Below, one piece after another: positions 38,294-46,903 of a stretch of DNA of 64,000 nucleotides. The notes under the pieces were generated by a model. The model was not told where the DNA came from. It worked only from the letters and a program-made list of their open reading frames with translations, and searched no databases. This DNA comes from an uncultured Rhodospirillaceae bacterium (GTDB lineage: Bacteria > Pseudomonadota > Alphaproteobacteria > GCA-2731375), in NCBI GenBank assembly GCA_964590195.1, contig CAZPWJ010000001.1:89686-153685 (forward strand). The letters are read 5' to 3'. How positions within the stretch are numbered: the first letter of the stretch is position 1; each line of letters starts with the position of its first letter. Both the position numbers and the translations under genes were made by a program.

Positions 38294-39160
38294 ATGTTGA
38301 AAAGAGTTGACCGGGTACAGCTCGCCGTACCTGACCGCGCCGCCGCCGTTGAACGCTGGATCGCCCTGCTGGGCGCCGAAGCCGCGGGCGAGGACCGCAT
38401 CGCCGCCCTGGGCGCGCGGCGCAGCCGCCTGCGCCTGGGCACGGGCTATATCGAGATACTGGAACCCGATGGCACCGGCGCCGTGGCCGATGCCATTGCC
38501 CAGCGCGGTAGCCATCTGTTCGCCGCCGGTTTGTCGACCGACGATGTCGCCGCCCTGACCGCGCATCTGGACAGCCTTGGCGTTGCCGCCGTGGCCGAGA
38601 ACGGCCAAGCCTATGTTGATCCGAGCAGCATGGGGGTGCCGGGTTTGCGTGCGGTGTTGAGCGCGGAGGAAACCCTGCCCCCCGTTGGCGCCATCGATTT
38701 TCTTTACGAGGCGACCTTGCTGGTTGACGAGCCAAAGGCGGCCATTGCCCGTTGCGCGGAAATCTTTGCCCTGAATACGGAGATCTTCGTGCCCATCGGG
38801 TCGGAGGAATTTGGCTATGACGGCAGTCTGACCCTGTTTCAGCCGAACCAGCTGTTTCGCTTCGAGGTCATCACCCCGACGGATGCGGAGAAAACCCTGG
38901 GCCGTTTTTTCGCCAGAACGGGCCCCAGCTATTACATGGCTTTCGCCGAATGCGGTCAGTTGGACGCGGTGGCGGAACGGGCGCGGGAGCGCGGCGACGG
39001 TTTCACGCCGGTGCCTTCCCCAGACGCCAAAGATAACGGCACAGCGGAGACGATCTTTCTGCATCCGCCGGCCTTGGGCGGTATGATGTTGGGATTATCA
39101 CGGCCAACCTTGGCCTGGCGCTGGTCTGGCGCCCCTGAACGCGTGGAGGCGATGTCATGA
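38294..39160 (+). CDS. VOC-family (glyoxalase/bleomycin-resistance/dioxygenase-fold) protein, two tandem domains
   Basis: MLKRVDRVQLAVPDRAAAVERW… betaalphabetabetabeta modules repeated twice. Start taken at ATG 38294. Confidence 0.65.
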   Translation: MLKRVDRVQLAVPDRAAAVERWIALLGAEAAGEDRIAALGARRSRLRLGTGYIEILEPDGTGAVADAIAQRGSHLFAAGLSTDDVAALTAHLDSLGVAAVAENGQAYVDPSSMGVPGLRAVLSAEETLPPVGAIDFLYEATLLVDEPKAAIARCAEIFALNTEIFVPIGSEEFGYDGSLTLFQPNQLFRFEVITPTDAEKTLGRFFARTGPSYYMAFAECGQLDAVAERARERGDGFTPVPSPDAKDNGTAETIFLHPPALGGMMLGLSRPTLAWRWSGAPERVEAMS

Positions 39161-39939
39161 GTGAACTAGTCAAAATCAAGGATCGAAACCGGGTCCGTCT
39201 GTTGACCCTGAACCGGCCGGATGCGTTGAACGCCTTCAACGACGATGTCTATGACGCGGCCACGGCGGCTTTGACGGAAGCGGCGGAAGATCCTGATCTG
39301 GCCGTGGTCGTGATCACCGGCCAGGACAAGGCCTTCTCCGCCGGACAGGATTTGGGTGAGCTGGGCAGCCCGCGGGTGCATGATGATGGCCTGCGCCATG
39401 GCTTCCAACCTTTTATCGAGGTGGTGGAGGCGTTTCCCAAACCTTTGATCGCCGCCGTCAATGGCATCGGCGTGGGTATCGGCCTGACCTTGCTGCCGCA
39501 CTGCGATCTGGTTCTGATGGCCGAGGAGGCGCGCCTGAAGGCACCTTTCGTGGATCTTGGCGTCACCACCGAGGCCGGCAGCAGTTTCCTGTTGCCCGCC
39601 CTGATCGGCTGGGCCGCGACGGCGCATATTCTCTATACCGCGCCCTGGATCGATGCCGATTACGCGGTGGAGATCGGCCTGGCCTGGCGGCAGGTGCCCG
39701 ATGAGCAACTGATGGAAGAGACCATGGAGATGGCCGAATTCATCGCGCAAAAACCGATCCCTTCCCTGGTCGCGACCAAGCAGTTGCTGTTGGCGGCCCG
39801 CCTGGATGCCACCCGTCACGCCCGCGAGCGCGAGAACGAAGCCTTTGGCCGCCTGGTCGGGGCGCCTGCCAACCGCGAGGCCATCGCCGCCTTCAAGGAG
39901 AAACGGCCGGCGGATTTCACCAACCTGCCGGCGGAATAG
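39157..39939 (+). CDS. Enoyl-CoA hydratase/isomerase family protein
   Basis: Crotonase fold: LNRPDALNAF, …ITGQDKAFSAGQDLGE…; 4-nt overlap with the upstream gene. Confidence 0.85.
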   Translation: MSELVKIKDRNRVRLLTLNRPDALNAFNDDVYDAATAALTEAAEDPDLAVVVITGQDKAFSAGQDLGELGSPRVHDDGLRHGFQPFIEVVEAFPKPLIAAVNGIGVGIGLTLLPHCDLVLMAEEARLKAPFVDLGVTTEAGSSFLLPALIGWAATAHILYTAPWIDADYAVEIGLAWRQVPDEQLMEETMEMAEFIAQKPIPSLVATKQLLLAARLDATRHARERENEAFGRLVGAPANREAIAAFKEKRPADFTNLPAE

Positions 39940-39959
39940 GACGCGCCGTTGGAAATACG

Positions 39960-41189
39960 CTAGGTCTCCGCCGTCTTTGCTTTGGCCGACAGGGGTAGGA
40001 ACACCAGGGCCATATTGGCTGCCAGCAGGCCGCCGGCCAGGAAATAGAACACTGAGACCAGGCCCCAGGTATCGGCAATCATGCCGCCCACGATCGGCGC
40101 CGTGGTGGCCAGGATCGCCTGGCTGCCGAACATCAACGAGGTGGCGGAGCCGCCCAGGTTCGGCGGCGTCAGATCCATCATCCAAGAATGGATCACCGGG
40201 CGGACCGCGAACAGGACAAAGCCCAGTACCGAAATGCCGGCAACGAAAACCTCCGTGTTGCCGATCAGCACCAGCGAGGCGACGACCACGGTCGAGGCGG
40301 ACAGGCCCGCCAGGACGATGGGCCGGCGCCCGATGCGGTCCGACCAGGTGCCCGCGATGGGCGCGGCCACCACGCCTGATGCCTGCATCGCCGCCAAGGC
40401 CACGCCCAGATACAACGGCCCGGCGCCCAGATCGTTGCTTAGATACAAAGGCAGGAAAGCCAACAGGCCGGCTTGGGTCATGGTGCGCAGGGCGGCCACC
40501 AGGCACAGGCTCAATACGGACCGGTTTCGGACCAAAGAGGTCAGGCCGCTCCAATAGGCCGCCAGGCTCATGCCCTCACTGGCACTGCTGCCTTGCTGCT
40601 GGGCCGTGCTGCGCGGCAGGGCGATGAACAATATCAAGGCCACGACCAAGGTCGGCACACAGGCGGCCATGGCGGCCTGGGACCAGCTCAACCATAACAG
40701 GGCGGCGCCGATGGCAAGGGGGGCCAGGGCATCACCGCCGTTGGCACCCAGGGCGTGGATCGACAGGGCATAGCCCCGGGTTTCGGGAAATCGGCGGGAG
40801 AGATAAGAGATCGCGGCCGGATGCCACAGATTGTTGGTGCAGCCGATCAGAACCACCAGGGGCAACAGGCCCAAAACGCCATTTGCCGTGCCGAAGCCGC
40901 CCATGGCCAGGGCGCCGACACTTAACGAGACGACCAGGATCGGTACCCGCCGGCCCGTGACATCCACCACCAGGCCGGAAAACAAATTCGTGCCGAAAGA
41001 GCTGATATGCACGGCGGAGACCAGCAAGCCGGCTTCGGTGTAGCTCAAGTCCAATTGCCGCGCGATAAAGGGCAGCAGGATATAAAAGGTGCCCAACAAC
41101 CAGTGCGTGGCGCCATGGCCCATGCCGACCAGCACGACGGGCCCCTGTTCGCGCCAATGCAGGCCGGTCAGGCGTTGAACCAAGGACAT
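39960..41189 (-). CDS. MFS transporter
   Basis: 12 TM helices; MFS motif …VVDVTGRR… in loop 2-3. Confidence 0.8.
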   Translation of the reverse strand: MSLVQRLTGLHWREQGPVVLVGMGHGATHWLLGTFYILLPFIARQLDLSYTEAGLLVSAVHISSFGTNLFSGLVVDVTGRRVPILVVSLSVGALAMGGFGTANGVLGLLPLVVLIGCTNNLWHPAAISYLSRRFPETRGYALSIHALGANGGDALAPLAIGAALLWLSWSQAAMAACVPTLVVALILFIALPRSTAQQQGSSASEGMSLAAYWSGLTSLVRNRSVLSLCLVAALRTMTQAGLLAFLPLYLSNDLGAGPLYLGVALAAMQASGVVAAPIAGTWSDRIGRRPIVLAGLSASTVVVASLVLIGNTEVFVAGISVLGFVLFAVRPVIHSWMMDLTPPNLGGSATSLMFGSQAILATTAPIVGGMIADTWGLVSVFYFLAGGLLAANMALVFLPLSAKAKTAET

Positions 41190-41350
41190 ATGCGGGCTGC
41201 TCTCGATAATTGCGGGGCGATAGATTCAACGCGATCATCGCACACCTTGGCAATGGGTGAAACCGAGGCCCGGATTCTGGTCGTTGTTCAGCGCTCAAAT
41301 CATATTGCAAATCCACGGCAGCCGGCCTATTGTCCCGCCGCCTTTCGGGC

Positions 41351-41440
41351 TATAATACTGCCCTAGAGCAATTCCGATCTAATGTGAACCGCCCGATCGC
41401 CTTGGGCGATTCACATTAGATCGGAAAAATTGCTCTATTT
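41351..41440 (+). promoter_or_regulatory. TATAAT hexamer (41351-41356) followed by a long hairpin (arms about 25 nt, 41364-41388 / 41410-41437) and a TTTT tract; candidate small-RNA unit or tRNA-Thr leader/terminator element
   Basis: Left arm TAGAGCAATTCCGATCTAATGTGAA; right arm TTCACATTAGATCGGAAAAATTGCTCTA (one 3-nt bulge); inner loop holds its own TCGCC/GGCGA hairpin; followed by TTTTAAG. Confidence 0.35.
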
Positions 41441-41450
41441 TAAGTATCGG

Positions 41451-41473
41451 AGCATTTCCAATTCGGAAATGCT
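41451..41473 (+). repeat. Perfect 9-bp inverted repeat AGCATTTCC-aattc-GGAAATGCT immediately 5' of tRNA-Thr
   Basis: Seen directly in the sequence; ends 4 nt before the tRNA 5' end. Confidence 0.5.
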
Positions 41474-41477
41474 TTAG

Positions 41478-41553
41478 GCCGCCTTAGCTCAGTTGGTAGA
41501 GCATCGCATTCGTAATGCGGAGGTCGGGTGTTCGAGTCACCCAGGCGGCACCA
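41478..41553 (+). tRNA. tRNA-Thr (anticodon CGT), CCA encoded
   Basis: Cloverleaf by hand: acceptor GCCGCCT/AGGCGGC, D-arm GCTC-AGTTGGTA-GAGC, anticodon stem TCGCA/TGCGG with loop TTCGTAA (anticodon CGU), T-arm GGGTG-TTCGAGT-CACCC, 3' ACCA. Confidence 0.9.
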
Positions 41554-41613
41554 CATCTTAATCTTCTGGTGATTTCAATACAGTGCCGGATGCGGCATGC
41601 GGAGGGCACGTCC

Positions 41614-42558
41614 ATGATCGATCTGTTGCAGGTTTCCCAATTGCCGCCTTTTCTGGTGGAGCGCCTGGAAAAGGAATTCACCCTGCATGACTTTGTCGAT
41701 CCGGCCGATCCCGACAAGCTGCTGGACGAAATCGGACCGCGCATTCGCGGCATTTTGGCGGGCGGCATGAAAGGTCCAAACGCCAATCTGATCAACCGGC
41801 TGGAAAACCTGGAGATCATCTCGTCGTTCAGCGTCGGTTACGACGCCACGGACGTGGCGGCGGCCCAGGCCCGCGGCGTGATCGTTACCCATACGCCGGA
41901 GGTGCTGACCGGCGACGTCGCCGATCTGGCCATGACCTTCATCCTGATGGCGCCGCGCCGCATTGGCGAGGCGGAACGTTATCTGCGCAGCGGCAAATGG
42001 CTGGGCGGGCGCATGGACCTGGGCACCACGGTGCGGGGCAAGCGGCTGGGCATTCTCGGTCTGGGCCGTATCGGCAAGGCGGTGGCGCGCCGGGCCGAGG
42101 TTTTCGGCCTGCACATCGCCTATCACGACATTAAGCCCATGGGCGATCTGGTCTATCGTTCCTATCCAAGCCTGCTAGACCTGGCCGATGCCTCCGACAT
42201 ACTTCTGGTCGCCTGTGAAGGCGGCGAGGCCAACCGCGGGCTGGTCGATGCGGCGGCGCTGAAGGCCCTGGGGCCGGACGGTTTCCTGATCAACGCCGCC
42301 CGGGGGCCAATTATTGATCAGCCAGCCTTGATCGCGGCGTTGCGCGACGGTGGCATCGCCGGTGCGGCAATGGATGTTTTCGATAGCGAACCGGAGGTGC
42401 CGGCGGAACTGATGGCCATGGAAAACGTGGTTTTGACGCCGCATATCGCCAGCTCAACCCACGAAACCCGCCGCGCCATGGCCGATCTGGTCTATGACAA
42501 CATCCGCGCGCATTTCGACGGCAAGCCGGTCCTCACGCCCGTGCCGCCGCAGATTTAG
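41614..42558 (+). CDS. D-isomer-specific 2-hydroxyacid dehydrogenase (glyoxylate/hydroxypyruvate reductase GhrA-like)
   Basis: NAD-binding GILGLGRIGKAVARRA; catalytic R/E/H context (…TPHIASSTHETR…). Confidence 0.85.
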   Translation: MIDLLQVSQLPPFLVERLEKEFTLHDFVDPADPDKLLDEIGPRIRGILAGGMKGPNANLINRLENLEIISSFSVGYDATDVAAAQARGVIVTHTPEVLTGDVADLAMTFILMAPRRIGEAERYLRSGKWLGGRMDLGTTVRGKRLGILGLGRIGKAVARRAEVFGLHIAYHDIKPMGDLVYRSYPSLLDLADASDILLVACEGGEANRGLVDAAALKALGPDGFLINAARGPIIDQPALIAALRDGGIAGAAMDVFDSEPEVPAELMAMENVVLTPHIASSTHETRRAMADLVYDNIRAHFDGKPVLTPVPPQI

Positions 42559-42560
42559 CG

Positions 42561-43256
42561 TTAGCTCAAGAGATCAAAGCGGGTGTTGTGCAGCACAAGG
42601 TTCCGCGTCACCCGGTAGTTTCCCGACAGGTGCTTGCGCAAATAGCGCACCGTGTCATGGCGGCCATCGACAACCATGGTAAATCCGGGTTCGAAACGAT
42701 CCTCTAAATACATAGCGTCAAAACAGATCTTCCGCTTCGGCTGCAAGGCCGGGCCGTCCACATAGAGAAAGTCCGGCCTGCCTTCGGGCAATTCCTCGTA
42801 GCGGTAGCCCAGGTCCAAATTCGGGCGCTGACCCCGGTCCTCTTCCATCGCCGGCACGTAACGAACCCCGCAATAGGGTGCGAGGTGCGCGGGTAGGGAT
42901 TCGCGGGTGACGTCGGCCCATTCCGCCAGGCCGTCAACGCTGATAATCCGTCCGGCTTTTTCCGGGTCGTCCTGAGCGTTGTCATGCAGGGCCTGGGCAA
43001 AGATCACCGTGGAGCAGCCACTGCCCAACTCTATCACCAGGCGCGGCTTGAGTTGCCGTATCAGGCGATAGAGGAACCACAGATCGCCGCCCTGGGGCGC
43101 CAATGCGCCTGCCGGGCGCGCTTCAACGAAATCGAGATAGCCCAGGCGGCGCAAACGCCAGCCGCCATGGATATTGGCCATGGTGCGGGCCAGGCCCAGC
43201 AAGGGCCGGGCCACCATCCAGGCAAGTTTGCGCCAAAGGGGGGGCGAAGAGCTCAA
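42561..43256 (-). CDS. Class I SAM-dependent O-methyltransferase, Methyltransf_24 (TylF/CmcI-like) family; paralog of 51357..52016
   Basis: SAM-binding PRLVIELGSGCSTVIFAQAL; acidic DFLYVDGPAL motif; about 40% identity to the second copy over the full length. Confidence 0.65.
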   Translation of the reverse strand: MSSSPPLWRKLAWMVARPLLGLARTMANIHGGWRLRRLGYLDFVEARPAGALAPQGGDLWFLYRLIRQLKPRLVIELGSGCSTVIFAQALHDNAQDDPEKAGRIISVDGLAEWADVTRESLPAHLAPYCGVRYVPAMEEDRGQRPNLDLGYRYEELPEGRPDFLYVDGPALQPKRKICFDAMYLEDRFEPGFTMVVDGRHDTVRYLRKHLSGNYRVTRNLVLHNTRFDLLS

Positions 43257-43409
43257 AAGATCAGATCACTTGTGTTGTAGTGCGGGCGTTGGTACGTGAG
43301 TTCGGGGAGCATTATCATTGGCCGTCCGCTCTGTCTATCATGGCGCTGATGGTCTTAGCGGATTATGGTGCGGCCAAACGGAAACCCACGAACAGGAATT
43401 TATTTCAGC

Positions 43410-44351
43410 GTGTCCAAACCCACAATTATCTACGTCGGCGCTCCCGAAGGTTTCGAAGCACTGGCCGAAACCGCAACTGCCGCGGACTGCATCCATGTTG
43501 AAGCCGAACACGATGCCCTGACGGCGGCGCTGAAGGATGCCCATGGCCTGCTGGACGCCTCCATGAAGGTGCGCATCGATGATGCCATGGTCGCCGCCGC
43601 GCCCAATCTACAGGTCATATCCTGTGCCACCACGGGTTCAGACCATATCGCGCGCGGCGAGGTCGGCAGCCGGGGCATCAACGTCCATACCCTGCGCGAG
43701 GACGGCGATCTATTGCAGGGCATCACACCGGCGGCAGAATTGAGCTGGGCTCTGGTCCTGGCCTGTGCCCGCCGCCTGCCCGCCGCCGCCGGCCATACCA
43801 AATCCGGGCAGTGGGTGCGGGAGGAATTTCCCGGCACCATGTTGAATGGCCGCACCCTGGGCCTGGTCGGCTGCGGCCGCCTGGGGCAATGGATGTCCCG
43901 CTACGGTGCGGCGTTCGGCATGCGCGTGCTGGGTCACGACCCCTATATGGAGCCATGGCCCGACGGTATCGAGAAAATGGAACTGGCCGAGATGATGGCC
44001 CAGTCGGACGTTGTTTCCGTGCACGTGCATCTGAGCGAGGAAACCACCGGCCTGCTGTCGCCCGAATTGCTGGCGGGCATCAAGCCCGGCGCCATTGTCA
44101 TCAATACCTCGCGCGGCGCCATCATCGACGAGGCGGCCTTGCTGGCCGGTCTGGAAAGCGGCCGTATCGGCGCCGCCGGGCTGGACGTGCTGGATGGCGA
44201 GCCGGAGATCGACCAGCACCCTCTGATCGTTTATTCCCGTAATCATGACAATCTGATCGTGACGCCGCATATCGGCGGCTTCAGTCCGGATGCGGTGCGC
44301 GTGGTCTGCCGCCGGGCGGCGGAAAAGATCATGGCGAAGCTGGGGTTATAG
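43410..44351 (+). CDS. D-isomer-specific 2-hydroxyacid dehydrogenase (phosphoglycerate-dehydrogenase-like), first gene of a four-gene operon
   Basis: NAD-binding GLVGCGRLGQWMSR; catalytic …NTSRG…, …VTPHIGG…. The start is either GTG 43410 (AGGAA 12 nt upstream) or ATG 43365. Confidence 0.8.
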   Translation: MSKPTIIYVGAPEGFEALAETATAADCIHVEAEHDALTAALKDAHGLLDASMKVRIDDAMVAAAPNLQVISCATTGSDHIARGEVGSRGINVHTLREDGDLLQGITPAAELSWALVLACARRLPAAAGHTKSGQWVREEFPGTMLNGRTLGLVGCGRLGQWMSRYGAAFGMRVLGHDPYMEPWPDGIEKMELAEMMAQSDVVSVHVHLSEETTGLLSPELLAGIKPGAIVINTSRGAIIDEAALLAGLESGRIGAAGLDVLDGEPEIDQHPLIVYSRNHDNLIVTPHIGGFSPDAVRVVCRRAAEKIMAKLGL

Positions 44352-44354
44352 ACC

Positions 44355-45890
44355 ATGCCAATCCAAGCCTTGGCCACATCTGCCGCCAAGAACGGCCCCG
44401 GCCACGCCTTTGGGGTGCCTGGATCGGGGCAGAGCCTGGACCTTATCCATGCCCTGGAAGGTAATGGCGTTGCCTTTCATTCCGTGCACCACGAAGGTGC
44501 CGCCGCGATCATGGCCGGTACCGTTGGGCGTCTGACGGGAAAAGCCGGCATGGCCATCGCCATCAAGGGGCCGGGCCTGGCCAACATGGTTGGCGGCATG
44601 GCGGCCTGCACCTACGAGAACCTGCCCATGTTGGCCGTGACCGAGGCTTACGGCCTGAACGTGCCCCTGGCCAAGGCGCACAAGCGGCTGGACCAAGGGG
44701 CGCTGACCGCTGCCGTATCGAAAGGCCGGCGCTATCTGGCCACGAATGGTCCCGGCTATGACGAACTGGCTGGCTGGGCTGGGCAAGAGGCTCCTGGCCC
44801 GGTGTTCCTGGAACTGGCGGGAGCCATCGACCTGGCCGACGCCGTACCCAAAGCCGGGGCCTTGCCCGATCAGGGCGATGTTCCGGGTCTGATCGAACAG
44901 GCGGAACGGCCCATCGTCATTGCCGGCACTCTGGCGTTGCGACTTGGTCTGTCGCCGGATCTGAACCGTTTGCAAATTCCGGTGTTCTCCACTGCCGCCG
45001 CCAAGGGCGCGGTGCATGAAGCTCTGCCCCACGCCGCCGGTGTCTACACCGGCGTCGGCCAGGAACTGTCGCCCGAAGCCGACCTGATCCAACGCGCGGA
45101 CTTGATCGTCGGCATCGGCCTGCGGCCCGGCGAGGTACTGGGCGCCGGGCCATTCCCGTGCGATGCGGTCAATCTTGATCCTATTGATGCGCCGGGCCAT
45201 GACGGCTTTGCCTTTGCCGGTGTCCTGCGGGATTCTGCACCCGCCTTGGAACGTTTGGCGCAAAAGGCCTGGGGGGTGGAAGAATGCGCGCGCGCCGTGG
45301 GCAAGTTGCGCCAGCATTTGCTGCGACCGGGCGACTTCCTGCCCGCCCATGCCTTTGCCGCCATTGCCCAGGCCTTTCCCGACGGCGTCCGCATGGTCAT
45401 CGACACCGGTTATTTCTGCACCGTCGGCGAACATATCTGGCAGGCCCCGAAAGGGAACTGGTGTCTGTCCTCGGGCTCGGGCCGCTATATGGGCATGGGC
45501 CTGCCGCAAGCCATCGCCGCCGCCGTACATGACCCATCGGTGCCGACTATCTTGGCGGTGGGCGACGGCGGCATTGCGCCGTTCCTGGCCGAGGCCCGCC
45601 TGGCCCGCCGTTTGAACCTGCCGCTGGCGGTCTTGCAGATGTCCGATGGCGGCTATGGCTCGGTCCGCACCCGGGCCATTGCCGACGGCCTGACCCAGGC
45701 GCCCATGCTGGAACCGGGCGCGTCATGGCGAGGCGCCTTCGACGGTATGGGGTTTGCCGGCGCCGAGGCAGGCAGCGCCGATGCCCTGGCGGCGGCTTTG
45801 ACGGATTGGCGGCCAAACGACGGCCCGATGTTTGCTCTGCTGCCCATGGAGAGTGAGCCCTATCAAGACATGATCCGAGGCGTCCGATGA
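44355..45890 (+). CDS. Thiamine-pyrophosphate-dependent enzyme (acetolactate-synthase-like / ketoacid decarboxylase superfamily)
   Basis: Three-domain ALS-like architecture; TPP/Mg-binding GDG motif in LAVGDGGIAPF…; 3-nt gap to the upstream gene and 4-nt overlap with the downstream gene. Confidence 0.8.
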   Translation: MPIQALATSAAKNGPGHAFGVPGSGQSLDLIHALEGNGVAFHSVHHEGAAAIMAGTVGRLTGKAGMAIAIKGPGLANMVGGMAACTYENLPMLAVTEAYGLNVPLAKAHKRLDQGALTAAVSKGRRYLATNGPGYDELAGWAGQEAPGPVFLELAGAIDLADAVPKAGALPDQGDVPGLIEQAERPIVIAGTLALRLGLSPDLNRLQIPVFSTAAAKGAVHEALPHAAGVYTGVGQELSPEADLIQRADLIVGIGLRPGEVLGAGPFPCDAVNLDPIDAPGHDGFAFAGVLRDSAPALERLAQKAWGVEECARAVGKLRQHLLRPGDFLPAHAFAAIAQAFPDGVRMVIDTGYFCTVGEHIWQAPKGNWCLSSGSGRYMGMGLPQAIAAAVHDPSVPTILAVGDGGIAPFLAEARLARRLNLPLAVLQMSDGGYGSVRTRAIADGLTQAPMLEPGASWRGAFDGMGFAGAEAGSADALAAALTDWRPNDGPMFALLPMESEPYQDMIRGVR

Positions 45891-46903
45891 GCAGTTCTTC
45901 TTCCGTGCCACACATATTGATCGTCGGTGCCGGCAGTGTCGGCCTGCGCCATGGCCGTAATCTTTCTGAACTGGGTTGCCGCGTCTCGGGCATGGACCCG
46001 CGCCAGGACCGGCGCGAGGCTTTCGCCGACGAATTTAGCTGCTTTGCCTATGAGGATCTGGAAACGGCCCTGGCGGCAGGCGGCCTGGATGGCGTCGCGG
46101 TTTGTTCGCCCACCCGCTTTCATGTGGAACAATGCCTGCCCGCGTTGGAAGCCGGCCTGCCGGTGCTGTTGGAAAAGCCCGTGTCCAAAACCCTGGCCGA
46201 GGCCGAGATCCTGGCCCAGGCCATCGAACGTACCGGCACGCCGCTGCTGCTGGGCTATACTTGGCGCTGGTGGCCGCCCCTGGCCAAGGTCCGCGCGTTA
46301 TTGGCGGAGAATGCCATCGGCGCCATTCGTTACGTGGATTTCACCATGTCGGCGCATCTGGCGGACTGGCATCCGGGCGAGCCGCTGGAGGAATTCTTCA
46401 TGTCGTCCGCCGAACTGGGCGGCGGTGCCCTGCTGGACGAAAGCCACTGGGTCGATCTGATGCTGTGGTTCTTTGGCATGCCGGAAAGCCTCTCGGCGCG
46501 GGTGGAGAAGATCTCCGATCTGGACATCACCTCGGACGACAACGTGGACATGATGATCAATTTCGCCGACGGCCTTCGCGCCAACCTGCATCTGGATCTA
46601 TATGGCCGGCCGCACCGCAAATCGATCCGCTTCATTGGCGAGGGCGGGACTATTCTATGGTCGGAAGCTCCAAACCAGATCGCGGTCTGTGTGGAGGCCG
46701 GCGAGAACTGGAACGAGGAACGCTTTGACTGCGAACGCAATGATATGTTCATGGGCGTGGCCAGGGAATATCTGGCGGTTCTGGCCGGCGCGCCCGTCGA
46801 CACCTGTGCCATTGCTGACGGCCTTGGCGTGATGACCTTATTGGAGGCGGCCCGGCAAAGTCATGCCGAGGGCCGCCGCATCGAGCCGGGATCGTCAGCA
46901 TGA
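45887..46903 (+). CDS. Gfo/Idh/MocA-family NAD(P)-dependent oxidoreductase
   Basis: N-terminal ILIVGAGSVGLRH Rossmann motif; EKP motif in LLEKPVSKTL. Confidence 0.85.
   Translation: MSSSSSVPHILIVGAGSVGLRHGRNLSELGCRVSGMDPRQDRREAFADEFSCFAYEDLETALAAGGLDGVAVCSPTRFHVEQCLPALEAGLPVLLEKPVSKTLAEAEILAQAIERTGTPLLLGYTWRWWPPLAKVRALLAENAIGAIRYVDFTMSAHLADWHPGEPLEEFFMSSAELGGGALLDESHWVDLMLWFFGMPESLSARVEKISDLDITSDDNVDMMINFADGLRANLHLDLYGRPHRKSIRFIGEGGTILWSEAPNQIAVCVEAGENWNEERFDCERNDMFMGVAREYLAVLAGAPVDTCAIADGLGVMTLLEAARQSHAEGRRIEPGSSA

Noticed and set aside
43710-44270. 186-aa ORF on - strand and several other 60-200-aa ORFs inside the 43.4-47.6 kb operon
   Set aside because: All antisense to the translationally coupled + strand genes carrying clear cofactor motifs.
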